Both the position numbers and the translations under genes were made by a program. Positions 17,466 to 27,973 of a stretch of DNA of 64,000 nucleotides are shown one piece after another. A model generated the notes under the pieces. That model worked only from the letters and a program-made list of their open reading frames with translations, was not told the DNA's origin and did not search any database. Each line of letters opens with the position of its first letter. Position 1 is the first letter of the stretch. Source of the DNA: an uncultured Gammaproteobacteria bacterium (GTDB lineage: Bacteria; Pseudomonadota; Gammaproteobacteria; CAWCPV01); NCBI GenBank assembly GCA_963797555.1, contig CAWCPV010000003.1, positions 32,001-96,000 on the forward strand, in the 5' to 3' direction.

Positions 17466-20379
17466 TCAGAATACAGAATCCGCCAGGGACACCACCACCC
17501 GAAACCCCAGGGAGATCGAGGAAGTAGTCGGGATGATTCCTGCTCCGGTAGGCGCAGCGCGCGCTCCAGCGGTCGTCGTCCCAGGAACCGCCGCGCACCA
17601 CGCGCAACGAGGGCTCCCAGTCCACCGCGAACCTTCCGAGCGGGGTGTAGGGGTACTCGCGAAAGGCGCTCAGGGTCCACTCCCAGACGTTGCCCGCTGC
17701 ATCCTGGAGCCCCGCCGGCGTCGCGCCGAGGGGGTACATGCCGACGGCGGTGGGGTGCCCGATCCCGCTATCGTCGATATTGGCCCTGTCCTCGTCCCAG
17801 TCGGCGTCTCCCAGGGGAAGGGGCGGGCGTCGGCATGGCGGGCGGCCTTCTCCCACTCGGCCTCGGTGGGCAGGCGAATCCGATGGCCCTCGGGCATGGA
17901 AAACCCTGGTTGGTCTGACCCCCGTAGCTGCGCGTCGAGCCATGCGCAGTAGACCATGGCCTCGAACCAGGAGACGCCGATGACGGGGCGGTTCGCGAAG
18001 GGCCTCTGCGCGTCCCACCCCACGGGGGCGCCCCGAAGCTCCGCGGGGCGGGATCGCAGCCAGTCTCGCAGGGCCTCCGCCTCCGGCCGGCTGTCCCAGC
18101 GCCCGTGACGCCACTCCCAGCCGAGGGCCGTCCACCAGGTCTCGTCGTCGTAGCCGCCCGCCTCGACGAAGGTTTCGACCTGCCGCACCGTCACCGGATA
18201 GCGGCCGATCCAGTATCGGTAAGGAATTTCCAGACGCTCCGGATTGCCCATCTCGTCCTCCCTCTCGCGGCTCCCCATAACGAAGGGGCCGCGCGGGGAT
18301 CTCGATGAAGCCTGCCAGGGGCTCCGGCTCGCCCCGGTAAGCGCGGGGAAGGTGGAAGCGAGCGGGGTCGAAGCGAGGGTCGCCGAGCTGGCCCAGGACA
18401 TCGCCGGCCTCGGCCCGGTCGCGCGCAGACAGGGCGCCCTGCTCCAGGAGGTCGACCAGGCGCCCGGCGACCCGGCGCAGCAGCGACTCGCCCTCCTCCT
18501 CGTCGCAGGCGCGCTGGACGCCCACCTCAAGCAGCACGTCCCCCGCGAGCCAGACCTTTCTCCAGTCCCCTTCTGCGCGCGATACCCGCTCCGGGCAGAG
18601 CGCCCGGACCAGGTTCAAGGGCTTCTCGGTCTCCCGCTTGTCGTGGACCAGATAGCCGACCGCCAGCAGGATCACCTCCCGCCAAAAGGTGCCCTGCTTC
18701 GCCAACGCGGCGGCTTCCCTGCCGAAATTCGGCCGGCGCGCGAGGTGCACGGAGGCCAGGTATTCCTGGAAGGTGCGGTGGGGAAAGGAGAACAGCCGCC
18801 CCTTGCGCTCGATGAGCAGGCTCGCCCGAAGGCGCAGGGTCTTTAGGAGCCGTTGCGACCACCCGTAGTCGTCCTTGGGGTGCAGCCGGGCCAGGCCCTT
18901 CAGCAGGGTCAGCTCGTCGATGCCGGCCGCCTCGTCCTCCGAGCCGCCTGCGGCACGCTCGGCATGGGCCTCGAAGGCGAGCCGCTCGAGCACGCCCCTG
19001 AGGTCGTTCAGGTCCCGGCCCACCTCCCGCAGGAGGTCCTGCAGATGCGGAGCCTCCACCTCCTTGTACTGCTCCCAGTGCAGCAGCAGGATGTCCACGG
19101 CGTCTCGATAGAGCAGGGCGCGCTTCTCCGGCAGCTCCCGGCGGTGGGTGTGGACCAGCGCCATGACGGTCAGCAGCAGGGGGTTCGGGGCGAGGCGCCA
19201 CAGGTCCGGGCGGCGCACCGCCTCGCGGAGCTTTCCCGCCAGGCGCTCGGACTCGCCGGGCGGGAGGTCCCGCCACTTGTCGGCCACCTCGGCGTACCAG
19301 GCGCCGATGAAGCGGTCGATCTTCTCCTCGCTGAAGGGCGCCAGCTCGAAGGCCGGGAAGGCCGCCGCCGGGAGCTGCCAGTGCGGCTCCTGATAGGAGA
19401 GCACCCGGCAGGTGACCAGGTGGCGGCTGCGCCCGAAGCGTTCGGCGAAGGCCTGCACGCCGCTGCGGACCAGGGCGAGCAGCTTCTCGTCCTGGGGCGG
19501 GACTTCGTCCAGCCCATCCAGCAGGACCACGGCCTGCCCGTCGTCCAGGGCGCGCTCCAGCACACCGGCGGCGAAATCCAGGCGGCGCGCCTTGAGGTCG
19601 TGGCAGACGAACGCCCAAAGCAGATCCGGGGAACCCTCGGCGGGCCGCGGGTCGCGCCGCGCGAGCCAGCGGGCGAAGTCGCGCAGGACGACGGGAATCG
19701 GCAGGGCCTTCCGGTCCCGCTCGGGCCAGTCGGGGATGCTGTCCCAGTCGCAGGTGGCGAGCGCCCGGGTCAGGTGGTTGACGAAGGTGCTCTTTCCGGA
19801 GCCGGGGTCTCCGACCAGCACCAGGGAGCCGTGCAGGACGCTCGCCTCCAGAGCGGACAGGGGGCGGGTCTCCGGGTCGCGGCCGGCAATATCCCGTCCT
19901 CGCTGCTCGGGCAGCCCCGGGGGTTGGCCTTTGGCCGCGGCTCTCAGGGCGCCGTCGATGGCGCCGGAGGGCAGCATCGTCGTCGTGTCCAGGCGGATGT
20001 AGACGCGGGCGAGGCTGAGCGGCTGGCGCACCGCGGAGACCTCTCCCGGCGCGGCGTCCACGCCCCGCAACGGCAGCGCGCCGCAGCGCTCGGCGACCAC
20101 GGCCCGGTAGATGGCCTCGGCGCGCTCGGGCGACGCCGGGGTGGCCCCGATGTACACCCCGCCCTGGATGATGATCTGGTCTCGCGCGACAACGTCGCGG
20201 GCTGCGTGCACCTCCCCGCCGAAGACGCCCCCGCCCCCGGTGTCGAGGAGCGGCTCGAGCTTGGCCTGAAGCTCCGCCTTATTCTGGTCGGTGACCTCGT
20301 CCCCCAGCACGCCTCTCAGGGACTCCAGCTTGCTCAACTGCTCACGCAGACGGGCGATGACGTTGTCCTTTTCCTCCAT
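17466..20379 (-). CDS. DGR target 2: NACHT/STAND NTPase + FGE-sulfatase (C-lectin) domain, frameshifted in this assembly
   Basis: [65 protein letters not shown]. Confidence 0.9.
17487..17605 (-). repeat. DGR variable repeat VR2
   Basis: Matches TR with 12-13 substitutions, all at TR adenines, plus a 1-nt insertion. Confidence 0.93.
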
Positions 20380-21508
20380 GCTTCGCCATCCCCTCCGTGT
20401 CGGTCAGACCAGCCAGTCCGGTCCCCCGGGCCGTCTCGCTATCCGCACACCGCCTCTCGTTGACGCAGGGCGTCTCACGGGAAAAGCGGGCGCGGCGAGG
20501 GCTCTCGGCATCGGCAGGAGCTTTTCCTCGGGGCCGGCCCTTCAGGGCTCGTAACTCCCAGGCGGGTCACATAGCGGCGGTCGGGGCGTGCGCCCCGTCT
20601 CTGACCAGGCGCAGGTCCTGGACCAATGTCGAGACCCGGCGCTCTTCCAGCCCCGCCTGTGGATCAGGGCCCGCAGCTCCGCGAGCAGTGCCAGGAATTC
20701 CTGCAGGGTGACGTTCGAAGCAAGCTCCACCCGGTTGCCGTCGCCGGTGACGATGGTGCTCCCGCTCACGCTGCCGCCCACGGCGACGCCCCGGTCGCCG
20801 ATGATGATCCGGTCCCGCCAGTGACCTCTTGCGCGTGGACAGGTCCCAGGAACAGGGCTCCGCCCCCGGTGTCGACGACCTTGGGCTGGTGCGGAAGGTC
20901 CGGACTGCGCCGTGGGGCCTCGGGGGGTGGCACCGTGCGGCCGGCATCTTTGTGCGACTCCGCCGTGAGCCCTTCTCGGGCGCTGCCTTCGCTTCGGGTG
21001 GAGGGGCGCCGAAGGAACTCCCGAACCAGTGCGGCGACGGCGGCGACGAGCACCGCCAGGCCCAGCAGCCAGGCGAGCACACCGGACCAGCCCGACTCGA
21101 CGCAGGGAGAAGATCATTGCAGGGAAACCCGGGCCTTTGCTCGGCTTCCCCGCCCCCGGACTCCGCCTTCTTGGCTGGCGCGGTCGGCCTCGGCTGGCGA
21201 CGGCGCCGGAGCGGAAGCAGGCTTTGCTACCAACGCCGCCTGCGCCAGGGGAAACACGAAGTCTCCCTTGTCCAGACGAGGGTCGACGGATGGTGCCGGA
21301 TCTGGGGATGCTGGGCACCGCGGGTGTAGCACGCCTCTCAGGGACTCCAGCTTGCTCAACTGCTCACGCAGACGGGCGATGACGTCGTCCTTTTCCTCCA
21401 TGCTTCGCCATCCCCTCCGTGTCGGTCAGACCAGCCAGTCCGGTCCCCCGGGCCGTCTCGCGATCCGCACACCGCCTCTCGTTGACGCAGGGCGTCTCAC
21501 GGGAAAAG
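20306..21508. repeat. 181-bp direct repeat (20306-20486 and 21328-21508)
   Basis: Two copies with 2 mismatches; covers the upstream region and first 25 codons of DGR target 2. Confidence 0.9.
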
Positions 21509-22119
21509 ATTCCGGGCGTCCTCTCGGAGATGTGTTCGGGGACGCTGCGCGAGAGGTAGAACAGCGAGCCGGAGAAGCAGCTATCGAACAGGAACAGGGC
21601 GTGCTTGGCCTCGATGCGCCTGGCATAGTGCGGGAACTCCTCCATGTCGAGGGCGGCGGCGAGAAAGCCATGGGGATCGTCGTCCGGGCGGGGGGCGTCT
21701 ACCGGGACGATGTAGCCCATCTCCGCCCCGTAGGAGAGCTTCCGGGTGTAGCCGTGGCCCGCGAAGTAGAACAGCAGGCGGTCGTCCACGCCGCCCCCGT
21801 GGGCGTTGATGAAGTCCTCGAAGGCCCGGCGCAGCGCCCCGCGATCGGGGTCCTCCACCACCGTGACCCGGAACCCCTGGCGCTCCAGCGCTCCGCGGAC
21901 GCTCTTCACGTCCTCCTTCACACCCGGAAGCTTGGGCCAGTGCTGGTACTCGCTCGCCCCAATCACCAGGGCGTAGCTATTCCGGTAAAGGCCCACCTCC
22001 TGGCCGGCCGGGTTCTTGTAGATGACCACGCCGCGCTCCTCCCCCGAGGCGCCCGAGGCGGCCGGGGACAGCCCGAGGCCCAGGAGCCACGCGGCGACGA
22101 ATACGCGTGTGCCTCTCAT
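20567..22119 (-). pseudogene. Signal peptide + caspase-like C14 peptidase + TM + cytoplasmic Gly-rich motif tail (disrupted)
   Basis: MRGTRVFVAAWLLGLG signal; YFAGHG/FDSCFSG dyad; remnant YTRGAQHPQ..GTIR..DKGDFVF; TM LAWLLGLAVLVAAVAALV; tail DTGGGALFLGPVHA..IVTGDGNRV. Confidence 0.75.
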
Positions 22120-22146
22120 GCTGTCAGAATCTCATGAAAGATGCCT

Positions 22147-22170
22147 TTCGCGGCTGAAGCCGCTCCTACA
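22147..22170 (-). repeat. GTAG-type REP-like element
   Basis: TGTAGGAGCGGCTTCAGCCGCGAA on the minus strand. Confidence 0.55.
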
Positions 22171-22288
22171 GGCCGCGATTTTGGCGCGGCGGTAGCCCGC
22201 GGCTTAGGTCGCGGCCGAACAATTTGGCGACCTCTCCCCTCGCCAGCCGGAAGCCCCGTGGACTCATGGCAGCAGCCCCGTCCCGGAG

Positions 22289-23092
22289 TTAAGCAAGGTG
22301 GAAAGCGGCCACCTCCAGAGGGTTCCCCACCTCGTCCTCGCTGTCGGCGCCGAACGCGAGATCCGTGCTCACCTCGTGTTTCGTAGATATGGCCGCCGAG
22401 GCGAGACCCCAGAGAATGCCCAGACACCAGAACGGGATGAGCCAGTCGCAAAGGTAGATGTACTGGCGGGTGTGGTAAAGCTCGTGCTTGAACGGGGTGT
22501 GGCCGTACCACGTGTTCACCGTGCATCCCACGGTGGTCGCGTAGTGGCCGCCGGTGTCGGGGGAGAACTCGGTGAAGAACACCCCGCCCGCGAACCCGGA
22601 CTTGCCGCTCCCGAAGATTGCCCAGACGAGGCCCGCGACCCAGATGGCGAGCCCCGCCGCCGAGGTTACCAGCGCGAAGGGCAGCTTGGCAGGCGCCACC
22701 AGAAAAGAGAAAAAGAACGGGCCCGGGGCGAGCCGCGCCCCGAGCGCCGCCGAGCCGTAGTCCAGCGCCGCCGCCCACAGCGTCGCTCCGAGCCTGATTC
22801 CGGCCAGCGTCCAGAAAAACGTCGCGGGGTGGCCCAGGGCGTGGCGGAACCCCTCGGAGGCCGCCCAGATCCACGCGAACAGGCCATGGGAGAACACGAA
22901 GAAGAAGGTCGCGGCCGCACCGGCGTCGGGGCTCGCACCGGCGAACAGGAAGTAGCCGGCCAGGACGCCCGCCAGGTAATCGAAGACCAGCTCGCTCCAA
23001 CTGAAGGTCCAGCTCACCAGCATGTTGATGCCGGCACAGAGCAGTACCACACATGGCCAGAACACGAAAGCGACCACGTAGACGTTGTTCAT
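22289..23092 (-). CDS. Polytopic membrane protein with HExxH motif
   Basis: Several hydrophobic helices; KHELYHTRQY and NPLEVAA. Confidence 0.65.
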   Translation of the reverse strand: MNNVYVVAFVFWPCVVLLCAGINMLVSWTFSWSELVFDYLAGVLAGYFLFAGASPDAGAAATFFFVFSHGLFAWIWAASEGFRHALGHPATFFWTLAGIRLGATLWAAALDYGSAALGARLAPGPFFFSFLVAPAKLPFALVTSAAGLAIWVAGLVWAIFGSGKSGFAGGVFFTEFSPDTGGHYATTVGCTVNTWYGHTPFKHELYHTRQYIYLCDWLIPFWCLGILWGLASAAISTKHEVSTDLAFGADSEDEVGNPLEVAAFHLA

Positions 23093-23246
23093 GATCGGCT
23101 ACACCCCCCTTTGCCCCGATGAGACGCGCTGTCAGCACCCGATTGTTTTCAGGACAGCATAGCCCAGCGTGCTGCGCCGCGTGCTGGCCTGCACGGCGTC
23201 GCCCGGCGCCTCGCGCGGGCTGTCCGCCCGTCCCTCCCCGGTCGTC

Positions 23247-23804
23247 CTACTTTGGCCCTTCGGCGGGCGCTCCAGCACCGGACGAAGTCTCTTCAGGCTC
23301 GACGGAGCGGGTCAGCACGTCCAGGCTGTCGTTGACCTTGGAGAGAAGGTCGTTCACGGCCTTCACTCCGGAAGCCGCCGTCTGTTTGGCCTTTTCCTCC
23401 AGCCTTTGCCGCTGCTTCTTGAGCGCGTTCAATTGGTCCACCAGCGAGGCCTTCTGCTGCTCGGTCGCTCCCAACGCCTTCTGTTCCAGGACATTGACCT
23501 TGGTCTGAAGATCCTGCAGTTCTCCCACGACTTTCTGCTGGGCCTCGGTCGCCGGCTGCGCTGCCGGCGCGCCCGCCTGTTCGCCCCCCTGGGTGGGTTG
23601 GGGCGCCCCAGCCCCGCCGGTGGCTTCGCCTGCCGGGGCCGGCGGCGGCTGTTCGGTGGGCGCAGTGGCTGCGCCGGTCCCGGGGGTTTGCTGCTGCGCG
23701 CCGCTTTCGGGCGCCTGTTCGGAAGTGTGGTCCTCCTTGCCGCAGGATGCGATGGCGAGTGATGCGCTGGCGAGCGCAATCGCGAAGAGTTGCTCGATCT
23801 TCAT
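23247..23804 (-). CDS. Lipoprotein, low-complexity linker + coiled coil
   Basis: MKIEQLFAIALASASLAIASC lipobox. Confidence 0.7.
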   Translation of the reverse strand: MKIEQLFAIALASASLAIASCGKEDHTSEQAPESGAQQQTPGTGAATAPTEQPPPAPAGEATGGAGAPQPTQGGEQAGAPAAQPATEAQQKVVGELQDLQTKVNVLEQKALGATEQQKASLVDQLNALKKQRQRLEEKAKQTAASGVKAVNDLLSKVNDSLDVLTRSVEPEETSSGAGAPAEGPK

Positions 23805-23952
23805 GAGGTTCTCCCTGACTGTGCGTCTCTCTGGAAGTGGTGACAACCGCGGCCGCCCCGTGGCTTTGCCCCGCTCATGCGGCCCGGACCGTGCGTTCGC
23901 GAAAGCCAGGATGAGGCAAGACGAGGGGCGAGTCCAGCCCAGCCCCGCGGCT

Positions 23953-26900
23953 TCACCCGCGCGGTCCCAACAAGCCCGACAACGTTCCCCACAAACGACG
24001 GTACCACGGCACGCGGCCGGCCGGGCGCGCGGCCGCCTCGGCCTCGGGGCGCAGTGCCTGCTCGAAGGCGCTTATCCAGGCTCGCTGCGCCGCGGTCAGG
24101 CGAGATTCGGCTTGCAGGCCCTGGAGGATGTCGAGCCCGCGCTGCAGCAGCGCCCGTGCCTCCGCGGATTGCGTAGGCCCTCCGAGGGCCTGCGCGACTT
24201 TCCAGCAGGACACCACGACATCCGCCTGCCAGCCGGCGTTGCTCGGGTCCTGGGCGGCCAGGCGCTCGCGGATGGCGAGGCTCTCCCGGTAACTCTGGAG
24301 CGCCCCGGCGCCCTCGCCCTGGGCGGCCAGGATGTCCCCGACCTTGTTGTAGCTCACCGAGAGGTCGCGCTGCCACCCGGCGTTGCTCGGGTCCTGGGCG
24401 GCCAGGCGCTCGCGGATGGCGAGGCTCTCCCGGTAACTCTGGAGCGCCCCGGCGCCCTCGCCCTGGGCGGCCAGGATGTCCCCGACCTTGTTGTAGCTCA
24501 CCGAGAGGTCGCGCTGCCACCCGGCGTTGCTCGGGTCCTGGGCGGCCAGGGCGCTCGCGGATGGCGAGGCTCTCCCGATAAGCCTGGAGCGCCCCGGCGC
24601 CCTCGCCCTGGGCGGCCAGGATGTCCCCGACCTTGTCGTAGCTCACCGAGAGGTCGCGCTGCCAGCCGGCGTTGCTCGGGTCCTGGGCGGCCAGGCGCTC
24701 GCGGATGGCGAGGCTCTCCCGATAAGCCTGGAGCGCCCCGGCGCCCTCGCCCTGGGCGGCCAGGATGTTTCCGACCCTCTCGTAGCTCACCGAGAGGTCG
24801 CGCTGCCAGCCGGCGTTGCTCGGGTCCTGGGCGGCCAGGGCATCCAGGCACTCGACGGCGTGCTCCAGCCACGCGCGGGCCGTTTCCAGGTATCCGAGGC
24901 CGGCCCAGGCGTCGCCCTGGAGCAGTGCGAAGGCTCCCTCGTTCCGGAGGCCGAGCCTCCAGGGCGCGGCCACGCTGCCCAGGGCGCCGAGGCCGTCCAG
25001 GTAGCGACCTCGGCCGTAGAGCCACTCCGTGAGCGGGAGCAGCAGGTCGCAGGCGCGGTCGGTCTCGCCCACCTCGCCCAGGTGGTGAGCGGCCTCCCAG
25101 GCGTCGTTCCAATCGGCCGAGGTGGCGGCGCGGCGCTCCAGGAAATCTCCCGCGCGGCGGTGGCCTTCGGCCACCAGCGCGTCAAGGTCGGGCGTGAGTC
25201 CGCGGGCCAGGCTCGCCACGCTCGGCTCCACCTCGAAGCGCCGCCGCACCCGGCCGTCCGGGGCCGGCTCGGCCACCTCGGTGAGCAGGGACGCGTCCCG
25301 CAGGCGGCGAATGGACGCCTCCGGAGCGTCGTCGCCCAGGGCCCCGAACAGGTCCCAGTCGGCCGGCAGGCGCAGCACCGTGGCGCGCACCAGCAACCGT
25401 CGGGCGGGCTGGTCCAGCACCCGCTCCCACAGCGCCTCGAACAGCAGGTCCTCGGAGAGCTGCTGGCCGAGCGGTGGTAGCAGGGGCTTGACAAGATGCG
25501 TCCACTCCTTGTTCGCCTCGTCCTCGTCGGCGGCCGGCGCGTCCACGTCGTGCAGGGTCTGGGCGGGCTCGGCAAGACCGCGTTGTGCGTCGAGGCCCTC
25601 AAAGTCTACCGCCGGCAGGGCCGCGAGGTCCTCCACCTCTGGTGCGCCGAGGTGGAAGAGTCCGCGGATGCGGTGGAGGGGCTGGTCCGCCAGCTCGAGC
25701 AGGCCGCCGCGCCGCTGGCCGGCGAGGTGTGGGACGCCCTGCTCGCCGGCCTCGACCAGGTGGCCGCCGCCCATCCCGACCTGCAGCGTCCGGCCGGGCG
25801 CCTCGGGGTGCTCCTCGCCGCCCTCCTGGCCCGCGAGGGGCAGGGGCCGCTGGTGCTCTACCTGGACAACCTCGAGTCCCTGCTGACTGCGCCCGAGGCG
25901 GAGGACGCCTTCGGCGACTGGCGCGACCCCGAGTGCGCCGCCCTGTGGCGGGTGCTGCGAGAACGCGCCGCGGCCTCCGCGGGACGCCTCGCGCTGCTCG
26001 CTTCCTGCCGTTACCGCCACCGAGACTTCGCCGACGTGCTGCTGCCTTTGCGGCGGCTGCCGCCCGACGCCCTGTGGCGGCTCATGGGGTGGTTTCCCGG
26101 GCTGCGCCGCCTCTCCCGCTGGAGCCTCAAGCGGCTGGTGGAGGGGCTCGCGGGCCACCCCTGGCGCAGGTCCCGGCGCAAGGCGTGCAGCTCCCGGCGG
26201 CGTCCCACGAAGCCCTGGCGCAGGATGCGGGTGCGCGACCCCGGCGCCACCTCCTCCTCGAGGCGCTCGGGGGGAGCCTCCACGGTCTCGGTGTACCGCT
26301 TGGGGATAGGGAGCCCGAGGGGATAGTCGGGGCCGCGGTGGTAGAAGACGAGCTGGGCCCAGGCAAAGGGGGTTAGGCCACCGGAGGCTCCGGAGGCGTC
26401 GCGCAACACCTGGCGGGCGTCGGGCACGAGCGGCCGGGCCATCGCCTGCCGGGCGGCGCGCACCGCGTCGCGGGTACGCCGGCCGCGGGCGATCTCGCCG
26501 TAAAAGGCCGCCTCCGCCCAGGTGGACTGGGCGTCGTAAACCGGGCCGAAGTAGGCCACCACCTGAGCCACGCCGTCGCGGTGGAGCAGCGCGGCGGCGG
26601 AGGCGATGCCGGCCTGCTCGCCGGCGCCCAGGCTGGGGGCATCGCCCCCGTGACAGCAGGCGAGGTAGAAGAAACGCGGGAACCGCGCCGGTGCGGCGCG
26701 GCGCATATCCTTCAGCAACCGGTCGACCGGCACGCCGTCCTGGCCGCCGAAGGCGTCCTCGAACACCAGCTCGCCCGGCCCGCCGTGGCCGGAGAAGTGC
26801 ACGCCGAGCGGCGGCGGGTTGGCACGCAGGCCCTCGACCAGGTCGTCCAGCTCCCCCATCTCGTTGACCTGCACCCCGACATGATCGTGCAGCGCCCGGG

Positions 26901-27609
26901 TGATGTAGTAGCTCTCGGCCTCGTAGTCGAGCCCGCTGCCCTCGGGCGCCGAAACGTTGATGAGCAGGCGCACCGGCTCCGCGGGCGGGGCGAGGACGGG
27001 TGTCCCTGGGGCGGGGACCGAGCGCGCCACGTCCAGGCGTCCTTCCTGCACGGCGTAACGACCTTCGAGCCGCAGCAGTTCCCAGGGGAGGGCCAGGATG
27101 AAGTCGTCCGCGCTCTCGATTACCAGCAGTGGCGGCGGGCCGTCCCCGTGGGCGGCCGCGGTGAGCGTCTCGGCCTCTTCGGGGGCGAGCACTCGCCCCA
27201 GCGCCTCGCCCAGCGCGAGAGCATGGGCCTGGACCGCCTGGCGCTCGCCGTCGTCCTCGATGGCGCGCCGGCTGAGCCGCCAGAAGCCCTCCAGGGCGGG
27301 GCCGAAGCCCGGTGTCGCGGCCCAGGGCACCGGTACCGTGCGGGAGGCGCCTCCGGCCTCCGACCGGCTCGCCGCGATCTCCCAAGCGGAGCGCGCTTCG
27401 TCGGCATAGCCGATGGAAAGGGTCAGGGTGGGCAAGGGCACCGCGCCCGGCACGTCCTGGGCCTTGAGGACCCCACCCTCCAGTTGGGCAATCAGCTCCG
27501 CCGTCAGCTCGGTGATGCCCGGAAACACGTAGACCCGGTTGTCGTCCCCGGTGATGATGACGTTGCCGTGCGCATCGTGCCCGATGTGCACCTGCCTCTC
27601 CCCGTTCAT
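23953..27609 (-). pseudogene. CHAT protease + STAND NTPase + TPR repeats, with the NTPase segment inverted
   Basis: LPWELL, VHFSGHG, FYLACCHG, GFVGRRREL; Walker A/B read on the plus strand at 25.5-26.2 kb; 48-aa TPR repeats. Confidence 0.85.
24228..24840 (-). repeat. Near-identical 144-bp TPR tandem repeats (~4 units)
   Basis: AAQDPSNAGWQRDLSVSY(NK/DK/ER)VG(D/N)ILAAQGEGAGALQ(S/A)YRESLAIRERL. Confidence 0.9.
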
Positions 27610-27973
27610 GCGCCCCCTCCTGCTCCCTGCTGCGCGCTTCGCGCGGCCGGAATTAGGGTCGGCTTTCCCGCCGACCACGGCACCCAGGTTGGAAGTTTAA
27701 CCTGCCCCGGGCGGACGGTAGGCTTCCCGTCTTGGGTGGCGTTACCGAATCCAGCGGCCCTCCCGGAGGGGCGGCTAGGCTCCCGCCGTCGTCCACTCGC
27801 GAGTGGCCAGCAGACCGTCCTCGTGCAATACCAAGTTACCCCTGCGGTACCGGACCGCCGTCGGCCTTCCAGCCTCCTCCGGGGCTGCTGACCATGCCCG
27901 GCTTCCAAGAATGAACAGCGCGTGTCACAGACCCAAGAGGCGGAACCGATGTGGTCCTTCCAAGCCCGACACG

